Source: a virus | Direction: 5' to 3' (one strand) | UHGV virus genome: UHGV-0125821 | Length of the DNA stretch: 64,000 bases | Part shown: piece after piece, positions 1 to 10,205 of the stretch | How positions within the stretch are numbered: position 1 is the first letter of the stretch | Layout of the letters: each line of letters starts with the position of its first letter | The notes under the pieces: model-generated | Databases searched by the model: none | The model's input: the letters and a program-made list of their open reading frames with translations, nothing else | Told to the model about the DNA's origin: nothing | Made by a program: the position numbers and the translations under genes

Positions 1-38
1 GTGCTCAACAGGGGGATCTTTTCACCGCTGGTACCGAG

Positions 39-64
39 TTCTCTTAAACCAAGGTTTAGGATTG
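39..64. other. cix-like 26-bp crossover site for a Cin-family invertase (TTCTCTTAAACC-AA-GGTTTAGGATTG)
   Basis: Imperfect 12-bp inverted half-sites around a 2-bp core, resembling hix/gix-type sites (AAACCAAGGTTT core); overlaps the cin stop codon. Implies bases 1-38 lie inside an invertible segment. Confidence 0.55.
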
Positions 65-616
65 AAATGATGACGCCGGAAACTTCTTATAAAGCGTGGA
101 AACAGCCACATCATAGATGATTGCAACCTGCTTACGGGGGATGCCCTTCTCCAGCAATCGCCGCATTTGCTGCCATGTTTCTTCTTGGTATTTAGGCCGA
201 CGCCCACCTATACGACCTTCTGCGCGAGCTGCATCAAGTCCAGCGCGTGTACGTTCAACGATAAGCTCACGTTCCATTTCTGCCAGCGCCCCCATTACGT
301 GAAAGAAAAAGCGCCCCATTGGTGTACTGGTGTCGATGGAGTCAGTGAGACTCCGGAAGTTAATGCCTCTGTCACGAAGCTCTTCCACCAGCACAACCAA
401 GTGACGCATGCTGCGCCCAAGACGATCTAACTTCCATACGACTAGGGTGTCACCTCTGGAAAGCATACGGAGAACCTTTTTTAACCCAGGGCGTTCAGCC
501 TTTTTGCCGCTCGCCTTATCCTCAAAAATTAGCTCACATCCTGCGCTTTCAAGGGCGTTTCGTTGTAAAGCTGTGTTTTGGTCATTAGTTGATACGCGAA
601 TGTATCCAATAAGCAT
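56..616 (-). CDS. cin: Serine DNA invertase, Cin/Pin/Gin/Hin family
   Basis: Translation MLIGYIRVSTNDQ...GRIGGRRPK...IYDVAVSTLYKK is a typical invertase with catalytic Ser region and C-terminal HTH; SD AAGGGGGA precedes the ATG at 616; the longer track start at 676 is unlikely. Confidence 0.9.
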   Translation of the reverse strand: MLIGYIRVSTNDQNTALQRNALESAGCELIFEDKASGKKAERPGLKKVLRMLSRGDTLVVWKLDRLGRSMRHLVVLVEELRDRGINFRSLTDSIDTSTPMGRFFFHVMGALAEMERELIVERTRAGLDAARAEGRIGGRRPKYQEETWQQMRRLLEKGIPRKQVAIIYDVAVSTLYKKFPASSFQS

Positions 617-720
617 ATGTCCCCCTTGTATGTTAAGGAGGGAGATTTTAGAAGATGTCCTGTAAGGAAATAACAAACTGACTAAGTTAGTGGCGCATTA
701 GATGTTATTTCTGGAGGGGT

Positions 721-1047
721 ATGTTTGCAGATTATGAAAATCTGGCTGTAGTAGTCATAACATCCCTACTAAGTGGAACCGGCGTATTCCTTCTCGGAGT
801 TAGAGATGGGCGCATTTCTGCGTCCCTGCTCAATCTTGCGAGTGAATTGTTTACTGCGGTAACAGCCGGGCTTGCGGGGTATGGGGTGGCGGTTAGCCAA
901 GAATGGCCTGAAGGTATCATTTTCTGCGTTGTTCTGATTGCCAGTAACAACGGTAGTGAAATTTTACAGGGCTTGAAGTCCAGAGCTAGTAACGTCTTGA
1001 ATCTCTTAAGCGTAATAGCGAATGGGGGAAAAGGTGGAGAGAAATAA
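721..1047 (+). CDS. Small membrane protein, holin-like (LydA-position gene of a P1-type late operon)
   Basis: 108 aa with about three hydrophobic helices; first gene of an operon divergent from cin, matching the P1 lydA-lydB-darA layout. Call is by position and topology only. Confidence 0.4.
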   Translation: MFADYENLAVVVITSLLSGTGVFLLGVRDGRISASLLNLASELFTAVTAGLAGYGVAVSQEWPEGIIFCVVLIASNNGSEILQGLKSRASNVLNLLSVIANGGKGGEK

Positions 1048-1493
1048 TGGGTAACTTTGGAAATTATTTCATTTTTATCATGGCATTTGTTGCCATCATT
1101 GACCGTTTCATTTTTCGTCGCAAGAGTGTTGAGATTTTGAGTATTGGTGACGCTGTAGTGAAAGAATCCGCTATAGCATTTCCTGTTTCGCTACGTGTTA
1201 AGCGAAGCTGGGTCAGCAATGCTCAAATCGAATATTGGTTGCAAGACCTGAAAAATCCATCTGTGGTTATTTCAGGGAAAACGCGACCAGTTGACGCCTC
1301 AAAACGCGGTGAGAGAGAAGAGTATTTGCTCATCGATACGAAATATCTTGAGCCAACGAAGTGGGATCTGAAAGTCACATTGACTAACGGTAACTGTCGA
1401 CTGAATCCGCTTTATCGCATTTTCCCTATCAATGACTGCATAGAGCGCCAGTTTACGATCGAAAAGCGTGAAGGAGACTGGGATGTCAAATAA
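1047..1493 (+). CDS. Hypothetical protein with N-terminal membrane anchor (LydB-position)
   Basis: 148 aa; start overlaps the upstream stop; hydrophobic N-terminus. Confidence 0.4.
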   Translation: MGNFGNYFIFIMAFVAIIDRFIFRRKSVEILSIGDAVVKESAIAFPVSLRVKRSWVSNAQIEYWLQDLKNPSVVISGKTRPVDASKRGEREEYLLIDTKYLEPTKWDLKVTLTNGNCRLNPLYRIFPINDCIERQFTIEKREGDWDVK

Positions 1494-2103
1494 GAATAAT
1501 TATGTTCTTCTTAGTTATGATGAGTTAAACGAAAAGGGGCTGGCAAAACTCGTCAAAGAAATCAGCAAAGGTGGTTACAAGATAGCGAGGGTGATCCCTG
1601 CAAGTAATGGCAGGAAGAAAGATGGGATCATGACGCGCACATTTACCCTTATTGGTATTGATGAACAGACAATGGAAGTTCAGGTTAACGATACCGGTGA
1701 TATATCTGGGATCAAACTGAATGGTAAAACAGTACCGTTCAAGCCAGTAAAAACAATGTCGGCTTTGGGGCAATCTCTTGCGGCTTTATTTAATCGCGGA
1801 TCAACTTCTTTCCAGAAGTCATTAGCTCGAAAACTTGCTCGTGCAGCAAAAAATATTGATGACGGAAATAAGAAGCGGCAGGGAGTTAAATCTAACGCTC
1901 AGAAATTAGCTGAAGCGAAAGAATCACGTGATGCACTCCGTGAAGATATCGCTAATGCTAACGACAAACTGTCTAAACTCCAGAGCAAGTCAGACAAAGT
2001 AATGCAAGATACGGGTAACGTTAAAGCTGCCTTGTCTCAGGAAGTAGCTAAGACACGTGCTCTTAAAGAAGAAATCGCGCGCCTGGAGGATGAGCATGAT
2101 TAA
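1483..2103 (+). CDS. Hypothetical coiled-coil protein in the dar-like operon
   Basis: ATG at 1483 preceded by AAGGAG; C-terminal half predicted coiled coil; translationally coupled to the next gene. Confidence 0.5.
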   Translation: MSNKNNYVLLSYDELNEKGLAKLVKEISKGGYKIARVIPASNGRKKDGIMTRTFTLIGIDEQTMEVQVNDTGDISGIKLNGKTVPFKPVKTMSALGQSLAALFNRGSTSFQKSLARKLARAAKNIDDGNKKRQGVKSNAQKLAEAKESRDALREDIANANDKLSKLQSKSDKVMQDTGNVKAALSQEVAKTRALKEEIARLEDEHD

Positions 2104-4021
2104 CAATCCTTTACGAATTAATATTCAGTCTACTTTTGCTGATACGATCCCCGGCTATGTGCCAAGTCGCTGGTCTTCAGAAGAATTAAGCGAAGATGAC
2201 CTGATTTTTGAGGCGGCGACCTTAGAAGATATTGAGCTTGCCTATATGGGCAATGAAATTCTGGTTGTGTCTGACGAAGCTATGTTTGAGTCCATAACTA
2301 CAACCAGAATTCGGTTAGCTCAAACAATGCGAGCTTTCGTCCGTGCGCTGAATCGTGGCCTGAATGGTACGAATATTATGGCAGGGACTGATGAAGCCGG
2401 GACCGATGAAAATGGACGTAATTGTATTGGTGGTGCGATTATCGGTCGTGTACGTCGGGTAGCTAATATCCCTGTTTTGACCGCGCAGATACCGCTTACT
2501 GACGGGCAGAGTACAAGCATAATTTTCCACTCTCCAACAGCTGACGGGGCAAAAATAAAGAGTAACGACGAGCTTGTTGCATTTCAGTTTTTACTTAATA
2601 AGCGTAACGTAACTCACGTTGTCGCCCCGATTGGTGGGAGAGATGTTTCTTTAAGCCAGGTATGCCAGGCGCTATCTAATTTGATTGAGCGTAACAGCGA
2701 AAAATTTAAGAAAGCAAAAGAGCGCCAGGACAAAATGAAGGCAGATATTGAGAGTTATCTCAATGAAGCAGATAAACTGGCAGAAGAACGGTCAATAATG
2801 ATTGATCAGGTGGACGTTGCGCAACGTGGGCTGACTGAAAAGCGTGCTGCTCTTACGGAGATGCAAAAAAAACTTGATGCCCAGAAAGCCATCAACGAGG
2901 AATTACAAGAAAAACGCGATAAATTGTTGTCTGCTAAAGGTGAAAAAACGAAGGAACGAGCGTTTAGTGACCAGCTGCGACATGTAAAACATAATCTTGC
3001 CATTGACGGAAAAACAGTGCTGGATAATGGCGCTGAAGTTAATTATATCACGTCCGGCAGTGACAATTTCGTTACGATAGTAGCACCTGAAGGTAAATTC
3101 AGTATTGATGCCAGTGCTGTCAAAGGAGGCAGTTTGGCAGATGCTGCAACCAAATTACTTAAAGCCTACCGAGAGCATAACGCAGATAAATATAAAGTTG
3201 ATGTGTTACCAGGCCAGCAGGAAGACCCCGAACCACCACAGACAGACCCCGAGACGAACCCAGTATCACAACCAGAGAGCCAGGATGTAGGTAAATACCA
3301 CTATGCACTTCAATCTCGCCCGGCTGGTGTTGGTGCTGTGCCGGATGGAAATAAAGCCGTGCTTGATCGTCCTGACCAGGCTGATCAGTATTACGAATAT
3401 GCTCGTCACGGTATCATTACGTATGACCGTAAACTGACAGATGAAGAAGTCAGCCAGTACGAGTTGCTCTATCTTCCTGATGAAGATGAGCTGAAAGATT
3501 TTGCAGGCCAATTGGTTGTGTCCAGCATGTCGAAACATATTGATGGCTATGTAGACCTGTTTGGCAGTGACCTGAAAACATTCAAGGCGCAAGTGAAAAT
3601 TCTTTTCCGCAAAGCGTTTCCAAACGTGGCGTATCCACTTGGTGATGGGGAGAACCTTTTCATTATGGACGTGTATAACGCCCTTCAAAATCATTCAAGC
3701 GAAGTAAAAACAGAGCATGTGGTTGAGCCGGAATCACAACCACAACCAGCACCAGAACAGGAGCCGGAGCCAGAAGAAGCTGGTGAATCAGCAAGTGAAG
3801 CTGATCAGGAGGCAGATAAAGCACTGGAGTACCTGAAATCCGTGCCGGAGCAGTTTACATCCCGCGATCTGACGGTCATCAGTGCTGAACTTGATCATGT
3901 GCAGGAAGCAGCAAACGCTCTAATCAGCGCAGGTCGATACGACGAGAACGAAGCCACTGTTGGTGCAGCAGTTGACTACCTGATCAACATTCTGGCTGAA
4001 ATTCAGCAGGGAGGTGCTTAA
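2096..4021 (+). CDS. Large internal head/antirestriction-type protein (DarA-position; about 641 aa)
   Basis: Size and operon position match P1 DarA; ATG at 2096 follows a GGAGG; acidic Pro/Glu-rich linkers. I do not recognise the sequence itself, so the name is positional. Confidence 0.45.
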   Translation: MINNPLRINIQSTFADTIPGYVPSRWSSEELSEDDLIFEAATLEDIELAYMGNEILVVSDEAMFESITTTRIRLAQTMRAFVRALNRGLNGTNIMAGTDEAGTDENGRNCIGGAIIGRVRRVANIPVLTAQIPLTDGQSTSIIFHSPTADGAKIKSNDELVAFQFLLNKRNVTHVVAPIGGRDVSLSQVCQALSNLIERNSEKFKKAKERQDKMKADIESYLNEADKLAEERSIMIDQVDVAQRGLTEKRAALTEMQKKLDAQKAINEELQEKRDKLLSAKGEKTKERAFSDQLRHVKHNLAIDGKTVLDNGAEVNYITSGSDNFVTIVAPEGKFSIDASAVKGGSLADAATKLLKAYREHNADKYKVDVLPGQQEDPEPPQTDPETNPVSQPESQDVGKYHYALQSRPAGVGAVPDGNKAVLDRPDQADQYYEYARHGIITYDRKLTDEEVSQYELLYLPDEDELKDFAGQLVVSSMSKHIDGYVDLFGSDLKTFKAQVKILFRKAFPNVAYPLGDGENLFIMDVYNALQNHSSEVKTEHVVEPESQPQPAPEQEPEPEEAGESASEADQEADKALEYLKSVPEQFTSRDLTVISAELDHVQEAANALISAGRYDENEATVGAAVDYLINILAEIQQGGA

Positions 4022-4389
4022 TGACCATCTCTGTTTTAGACCGCCTGAAATTAGGTAAAGAGCTATCAGATCTAATGCAGGCGCAGAAAACTGCGCCAGT
4101 ATTGCAACGCGTCACCATTGGTAAGCAGATTGTTGATGTGATGCTGAAATTGGGCCTGGGGACTGCCGCGCAACCGGCAGCGGAACCGCAACAACAGACT
4201 GATCCTGTTGTAGATGAAGTCCCTAAGATAGTGACTGACTTCCTGGGCGGTGTCTTCACAAAGTCCACACAAATGGAATTTATTGATGCGCTGCGTGGGA
4301 TCTCAAACTATGTTGGCGAGTTCCTTACGTTGGAGCAGGCTAAAGAGCAGACCATAAGCTGGGTGAAAGCTAACGGTTATGCCGGGTAA
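4021..4389 (+). CDS. Hypothetical protein (dar-like operon)
   Basis: 122-aa ORF; ATG overlaps the upstream stop (TAATG). Confidence 0.5.
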   Translation: MTISVLDRLKLGKELSDLMQAQKTAPVLQRVTIGKQIVDVMLKLGLGTAAQPAAEPQQQTDPVVDEVPKIVTDFLGGVFTKSTQMEFIDALRGISNYVGEFLTLEQAKEQTISWVKANGYAG

Positions 4390-4471
4390 TCAAAAGGGGC
4401 TGAAATGCCCCTTTCACTTATCTGTTCTCACATAAATCACACACTTTTTACACTCACAGCTTTCTCTATAG

Positions 4472-5869
4472 TTGGAGTGTATTTTGAACAAATCAGTTAC
4501 TTCTGCGCTTTCCGGGGCCACAGATATTAACAGCGTCATTGCTCTGGTTTCTTCATTAGAGAGGAAAGAAACACGCCTGGGGCGAAGTAGCTACGTAGTC
4601 ACCAGCAAAGGTGCAGAGGTAAAGACGGCTTTTAAGGTCGTTGATGCCAGCAGTCTGATCATTTCGAACAACCTTGACGGTACGATTAACCCGGCCTTCC
4701 CGGAAGAACTCCAACCACGAGATCGTACCCGGTTATCCAGCAAACTCCAGGTTAACCGTATTGCCTCCAATTTACGCCCGGCACAATTAACGGATTCCGG
4801 TATGAGCAGCCACGGAGCGCCGATAGTTGGTCCGGACAACGTTGTTGAATCCGGCAACGGAAGGAGTATGGGTATCTGGCGTGCCTATGAGCAAGGACAG
4901 GCGGATGAGTATCGCCAGTACCTGATCGACCATGCGAAAGAGTTTGGTCTGAATCCTGACGAAATTTCGCAAATGTCTATGCCCGTACTGGTGCGAGAAA
5001 GACTCACAGATGTAGACCGCGCTCAATTTGCCCGCGATTCAAACATTAGCGATCTGCAAGAGATGGCAGCAAGTGAAAAAGCGTATGCGGATGCGCAATT
5101 TCTCACTGAGAGCGTCATGGCGCTATTTAATCCTTCAGATGATGGAAATCTGCTGGCGCGGTCCAATGATGCGTTTATTCGTGCGTTTTTGCGCGAAATT
5201 GGCGATACAGCGACAGCAGGCTTGCTTACTGCCGATGGGCGTCCCACGAAACAGCTTATCGATCGCATCCAGAATGCAATTTTTGCCAAAGCGTACAAGG
5301 ATGAAAGGCTTGTTCGGCTGGTGTCGGAAGAGCCAGATCCGGAAATGCGTAATATCCTGACCGCATTAAATACGGCAGCCAGCGATTTTGCGCAAATGCA
5401 GTCGCTGTCTGGCGACGCTCACCATGACGCAGTAACAGGCTTAGTGGACGGTATAGAGCAGGTTAATGGCCTGGATACACAGGCGATAGCAGCACTCCAG
5501 GAAGCAATTAATCTTGTACGTGAAGCCAAAGACAACGGTCAGGCCGTTGAAGAAGTGATCGCCCAAAGGGGGTTATTCGGCGACAGTACACCGGAAGCTG
5601 AGGCATTGGCGTTATTCATCGTAGCAAATAATCGCAGTGCGAAGCGTATGGGGGCAGCATTCAAAAAAATGGCGCAAAAAATCAACGACGAGCTGACTCA
5701 TAAACAACAGGCATTGGGCGATATGTTCGGCGGTGGCGATGTTGATCTGCGTCGTATTTTGTCTGCTGTATCTGATGAAATTGAGGGTGAATTTGGCGAA
5801 GGGAAAGGTCTGAACTTTGCTATGTTTGAAAATTCTACAGATCTAAATAATTGCCGTACGGAAAACTAA
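4472..5869 (+). CDS. Hypothetical protein (dar-like operon)
   Basis: 465-aa ORF with TTG start in the track; an in-frame TTG at 4484 has a better-spaced GGAG. Confidence 0.55.
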   Translation: MECILNKSVTSALSGATDINSVIALVSSLERKETRLGRSSYVVTSKGAEVKTAFKVVDASSLIISNNLDGTINPAFPEELQPRDRTRLSSKLQVNRIASNLRPAQLTDSGMSSHGAPIVGPDNVVESGNGRSMGIWRAYEQGQADEYRQYLIDHAKEFGLNPDEISQMSMPVLVRERLTDVDRAQFARDSNISDLQEMAASEKAYADAQFLTESVMALFNPSDDGNLLARSNDAFIRAFLREIGDTATAGLLTADGRPTKQLIDRIQNAIFAKAYKDERLVRLVSEEPDPEMRNILTALNTAASDFAQMQSLSGDAHHDAVTGLVDGIEQVNGLDTQAIAALQEAINLVREAKDNGQAVEEVIAQRGLFGDSTPEAEALALFIVANNRSAKRMGAAFKKMAQKINDELTHKQQALGDMFGGGDVDLRRILSAVSDEIEGEFGEGKGLNFAMFENSTDLNNCRTEN

Positions 5870-5933
5870 ACCAACCGCTGAAATCACATACTGATTATGC
5901 TGCCGCAAAACTGGAAACAATTTGCGGTGATTC

Positions 5934-7616
5934 ATGGCAACGAAAGACAAAAACAAAGGCTTTCTGTCAGCATTGAAGAAAGCCTTCAACGGTGGTGATG
6001 TTACGCCCGCCGATCCGGTCGTTTTTACGAGCGGACATAGTGTCGTTGCTCGTTCCGGCCTGTCTGCTTTACGTCCAGGCATCCTGGGGAGCAATAGCGA
6101 TGGCATGACGAGTGAAGCAGATTCAATTTCTTTATCCGCTGAACTGCCCGGCGAGCGCCTGCAAAAGTACAACATCCTGGAAACGATGGCTAAAAGCCCG
6201 ACTATCTCGACGGCTTTAAATATTCACATTGCACATGCGCTTGCGCCTTCAAAAAAAACCGGACAAGCATTCATCCTTTCGCCAAAGGATGGTTCCGATG
6301 CCGAGGCAGTAAGTAGATGTGAAGAGTTAACCGCTGATTTGGGGGCGATGATTAATGACGGACTTCCTTCATGGGCCATGATTATGGCGATCTTTGGGGT
6401 GTCTTATGTCCGACCTTATGCTGAACAGGGCAGGGGGATAACAGGCATTGAGTCCAGTTATTACACTCTGCCACACTTCGTCCAGGAGTTTTATCGTGGT
6501 AGCCAGCTGGTAGGTTTCAGTGGTGATTACATTCTGGATACGCATAGTTTGCGCAGAGTAATAACCGAACCGTGGAATCTGGTTTCCATGAAAAATCCCT
6601 ATTGGACGCCACAGCATAAAGTTATTCCGGTTAGCTACGGCACAAAAGGGTACTCACTGTTAAGTGATCAGGCTGATAAGCCGTTAATGGAGACGCAGAA
6701 TTACGGAACTTCATTCCTGGAATACAGCTATGAACCTTACCTTAATTTATGTGCTTCGCTCGCCGCGCTGAAATCAACGCGAAATAATGCAGCCAAAATT
6801 GACCGCCTGATTGCTCTTACGACGAACACACTGGACCCGGTTAATGCGGCGAACTATACGCGTGGCGTCAGCCAGGCATTGAAGCGTCATAGTGACCTGG
6901 TGGCGCAAAGGTCGATTAATGCCAACGCTATTCCGACTGTGCTTAACCATCTGATACCTGTTATGGGAGACGGGAAGAACGGCATCACCATTGATACGCA
7001 ATCCATACCCGCAGATATCAGTGGTATTGAAGACGTTATGTTTCACCTCCGGCAGCTTGCTGCAAGCCTCGGCATTGACGCAACAATGCTTGGCTGGGCT
7101 GATCAGATGAGCGGAGGGCTTGGAGAAGGCGGCTGGCAGCAAACTGCTATCCAGGCTGCATTGCGTGCGAACTGGATCAGACAGGCCGCCCAGCGAACTA
7201 TTTATCGGCTTCTGGACATTCACCTCGCTTATAAATATGGCAAGGTTTACACCGAAACAAACCGCCCTTATGACGTGCAATTCAACTCAATGAACACAGC
7301 TATCCAGGAAGAGGAAAACCGAGAACTGGATGCACGCGCCAACTTTGTTGCTGTCATCTCCCAAATTATGGACCAGATCCAGAACAACCCGAAACTGGCT
7401 GGTAGCGACGCGTTTATGCGTTATCTGTTCACTGAGCAGTTGCACATCGACGATGACACTCTCAACACCATGATCAAAGAGTTTAAGGCGAATGAATCAG
7501 AGCAAAACAACGAGCATGGTATGTACGAATCCGCGCCGTTGTCGTCCGGTGACGATCCGGAAAACTGGACGCCAGAACAGTTAATAAACTTTGCAAAATT
7601 TGTGATGAGCAATTAA
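5934..7616 (+). CDS. Hypothetical protein (dar-like operon)
   Basis: 560-aa ORF on the same strand, tightly packed. Confidence 0.55.
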   Translation: MATKDKNKGFLSALKKAFNGGDVTPADPVVFTSGHSVVARSGLSALRPGILGSNSDGMTSEADSISLSAELPGERLQKYNILETMAKSPTISTALNIHIAHALAPSKKTGQAFILSPKDGSDAEAVSRCEELTADLGAMINDGLPSWAMIMAIFGVSYVRPYAEQGRGITGIESSYYTLPHFVQEFYRGSQLVGFSGDYILDTHSLRRVITEPWNLVSMKNPYWTPQHKVIPVSYGTKGYSLLSDQADKPLMETQNYGTSFLEYSYEPYLNLCASLAALKSTRNNAAKIDRLIALTTNTLDPVNAANYTRGVSQALKRHSDLVAQRSINANAIPTVLNHLIPVMGDGKNGITIDTQSIPADISGIEDVMFHLRQLAASLGIDATMLGWADQMSGGLGEGGWQQTAIQAALRANWIRQAAQRTIYRLLDIHLAYKYGKVYTETNRPYDVQFNSMNTAIQEEENRELDARANFVAVISQIMDQIQNNPKLAGSDAFMRYLFTEQLHIDDDTLNTMIKEFKANESEQNNEHGMYESAPLSSGDDPENWTPEQLINFAKFVMSN

Positions 7617-7629
7617 CCGGAGGGAAATA

Positions 7630-8628
7630 ATGCAATCACTGAATACTGTTACGGATCGCTTCTCCCTGGTAGAGAAAATCCGCAAACACACACCGCAGAA
7701 CAACCGAAATTACGTCATTCAGTCGGTACGAGACACATTCAACTCGCCAGAAACAAAAGAGCGTATCGCGCTGGGTGAGATGTATGGTTATTACGGTCAT
7801 GGTCGCCGGGCGATGCACTATAACAAAACGAAAAGCCTGAACTTGCCGGAAGTCTCTGTTGTGATGGTAGATGGGAAGCCTGTTGTATTGGAGAACGTGC
7901 CGTCAAACAGGACTATCGACATTTCGATTGACGACAACGGCATTGTTACTCATACGCAGGAAATACTGGATACAGACACCGGGCGTATTGTTCAGGGCAT
8001 GATTAATTCTGGTGCTGGTGGTTGGTCGTGGGCTACATCTGGTCCAGATTCATCGGTATCCCTGGTAAAGTCTTTCCACGGCTTTGATTACGTAACTGTG
8101 CCTAACTATATCAGCCTCGACAAGAGAAGCCTGATGCTTGAATCAGCAGAAGAGCGCGATGCGGCTATTCATGCAGCACTTATCGAACAAGGTTTTACCG
8201 ATAACGCTGCTACGGATCTGGTTCACCACTTTTCAGCAATGAAAAATCAGCAAGCCATGCTCGAATCTGCACATCGTGAAGCCCTGGAATCAGAATTGAT
8301 GCTCCTTGAAGTGGAAAACATACAGCTTCGAGATAAGCTGCGCGCTCAAACAGCGATGATGGAAAGCCAGGGGGAAAATGCAAAGCAATGCCGCCGGATT
8401 TTGCGTGAAGCTATCCAGGAAATGCCTGTTTTTATCAGCGCAGAACAGCGCCGGGCGCTCTGCCGTATGCAGTCTGAAGATGATGCCCGCATAGTGGCTG
8501 CGATGCTTGAATCTCTTGGGGCAAATGCTACTTATGGCTTACCGGTATCAGGCAAGAAAGAACCAGAGTTATCACCGAAGGAGAACAAAAACACCACCCC
8601 GTTACTCTTCGTTTCCAGAAGGGGGTAA
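7630..8628 (+). CDS. Hypothetical protein (dar-like operon, last gene)
   Basis: 332-aa ORF starting 14 nt after the previous stop. Confidence 0.55.
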   Translation: MQSLNTVTDRFSLVEKIRKHTPQNNRNYVIQSVRDTFNSPETKERIALGEMYGYYGHGRRAMHYNKTKSLNLPEVSVVMVDGKPVVLENVPSNRTIDISIDDNGIVTHTQEILDTDTGRIVQGMINSGAGGWSWATSGPDSSVSLVKSFHGFDYVTVPNYISLDKRSLMLESAEERDAAIHAALIEQGFTDNAATDLVHHFSAMKNQQAMLESAHREALESELMLLEVENIQLRDKLRAQTAMMESQGENAKQCRRILREAIQEMPVFISAEQRRALCRMQSEDDARIVAAMLESLGANATYGLPVSGKKEPELSPKENKNTTPLLFVSRRG

Positions 8629-8641
8629 TCGCCTTGTTAAG

Positions 8642-8656
8642 TTAAATTTCTAACAT
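8642..8656. promoter_or_regulatory. Operator-like motif TTAAATTTCTAACAT (monovalent)
   Basis: Member of a recurrent asymmetric motif family with consensus TTA(G/A)(T/A)TTTCTAACA(T/C). Confidence 0.4.
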
Positions 8657-8742
8657 AGTGTATTTATATACACTGTTGATCCTGGTGGATGGGATCGAGT
8701 AGGATCGCGGTCACTGCTTCGGTAGCGACTGCCAAAAAAAGC

Positions 8743-8768
8743 AAAAGCCGCTGAGAAGCGGCTTTTTG
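8743..8768 (+). terminator. Rho-independent terminator
   Basis: GC hairpin AGCCGC-TGAGAA-GCGGCT followed by TTTTT. Confidence 0.7.
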
Positions 8769-8828
8769 GTGTATAAATCCACTGGCATAGATTTATACGG
8801 TAGATAGATTTTTTCACGGAACTATCTG

Positions 8829-9791
8829 GTGAGTATTTTAAATTCAGTTTCAGTAACTTTCAACACTTCTGAGTATAAAAACAACACTGAATACCACAAA
8901 AAAATCAAAGGTCATCAGTTGAGTTTTTTTGCTCGTCATAGCGGTCTTATTTCCCCTTCACATAGCGCCATTATTGCCGAGTTCGCCAACCTGGCAGGGG
9001 CTACCGATGAATACATGATCCGTCGCTCATATGCTGATATGTCCGAGATTACAGGACGCAGTATTTCTACTGTGCGCCGGGCATTTGCTGAAGCGACGAA
9101 GTGCGGAATGCTTGTTAAGCAACATCAGGTAGCGAATAACAATGCCCAGGTGTGTAACGTATATCGGTTTACGACACAATTTCTCCACTTCATTCATGTA
9201 GCAATGGAGATAGGGGGTAAGCAGGGCATCAAATTTGCCAACGCCACAAAACTGGTTAAGCAGTTGATTTCAAAGGTTCGTTATTTTTTTGAAACTGGGA
9301 CCCCCCTGTTCAAATTGAACAAGTCCCCCTATGTTCAAAATGAACAGCCAATAGAAAATAAGAGTCACTCTATAGCCAAAAGAAGAGAAAGATCATGCGC
9401 GGTTCAGCCAAAGGCTTCACCAGCAGATAGTTCTCAAACGGATAACGGGGTACTGGATAAAAAACCAGTAATCAGGGAAGAACATACCAACCACTGCCTG
9501 GCGGCGGCAAAAGCGAGAGCTGCAAAGCGTCGTTCAGACGAGGGGCACGCAAAACGGCAGGCTCTGTATCGTACCGCTGAAAAGCTGGCAAAAAAATTTG
9601 CATGGATACGTAGTGCCGCTACCGCAGTGAATAAGCCTAAACAATCCAGTGCCCTGGATTTCTCAATGGATTATTCTGGCTCCCAGGGGTGTGCAACCAT
9701 TGGTGAAGCCTTTGACCTGATGAAACAGCGTGGCTATCGGTCTGAATTTGACCGTGAGGATTGGTCAATCCCGGCGGGCTTTAGGGGATGA
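8829..9791 (+). CDS. Hypothetical DNA-binding protein (winged-helix-like segment)
   Basis: 320-aa ORF with GTG start; segment ITGRSISTVRRAFAEATKCGMLV resembles an HTH. A replication-initiator (RepL-like) role is only a guess. Confidence 0.45.
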   Translation: MSILNSVSVTFNTSEYKNNTEYHKKIKGHQLSFFARHSGLISPSHSAIIAEFANLAGATDEYMIRRSYADMSEITGRSISTVRRAFAEATKCGMLVKQHQVANNNAQVCNVYRFTTQFLHFIHVAMEIGGKQGIKFANATKLVKQLISKVRYFFETGTPLFKLNKSPYVQNEQPIENKSHSIAKRRERSCAVQPKASPADSSQTDNGVLDKKPVIREEHTNHCLAAAKARAAKRRSDEGHAKRQALYRTAEKLAKKFAWIRSAATAVNKPKQSSALDFSMDYSGSQGCATIGEAFDLMKQRGYRSEFDREDWSIPAGFRG

Positions 9792-9842
9792 CCTGTGTGT
9801 CTACAAAACATCCCAATGATCGGAAAATGCTCGCTCGATAAT

Positions 9843-9873
9843 TTGTGTTAGAAAATTAATTTGCTGTTTCTAA
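9843..9873. promoter_or_regulatory. Bivalent operator-like site (GTTAGA-N16-TCTAA inverted pair) upstream of the c4/icd/ant-like module
   Basis: TGTGTTAGAAAATTAATTTGCTGTTTCTAAA; same core spacing as three other bivalent copies; positioned like P1 Op51. Confidence 0.45.
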
Positions 9874-10078
9874 ATCGGAATGTATGATCTGCATCATCGA
9901 CTGAAGTCATCCATTGCTGAAATTTTTAGTTGATCTTCCATGTTTTCAGGCTTATATTCATGTCGTCGTAGCAAATTCTGCGACCGGGTTTAGCAGCCTG
10001 AATACGAATGCGGACAACCGCAGATATCCGATATTGCGGTATTTTTGTGTCCGTAAAACCACGTTACGCCCGAATTAT

Positions 10079-10155
10079 GGTGGGGCGTGATGGGGAGGCT
10101 TCGGCCTGCTGGTTTCATTCGTGCCAGTCTGCTAACCCCGTCACGTCCTGCCACC
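10079..10155 (+). ncRNA. c4-like antisense immunity RNA (candidate)
   Basis: Long closing stem GGTGGGGCGTGA...TCACGTCCTGCCACC around an AGGC-TTCG-GCCT hairpin; internal CTGCTAAC is complementary to GTTTAGCAGC repeats at about 9988 and 10157, the second just upstream of the icd-like RBS. Boundaries approximate. Confidence 0.35.
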
Positions 10156-10205
10156 CGTTTAGCAGCGGGGCGCAGGTTGTTAAACCTACGAATGAGGCCG
10201 TAACT

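Noticed and set aside
22-207. 61-aa minus-strand ORF overlapping the cin 3-prime end
   Set aside because: Overlaps cin out of frame and spans the cix site; no support as a gene.
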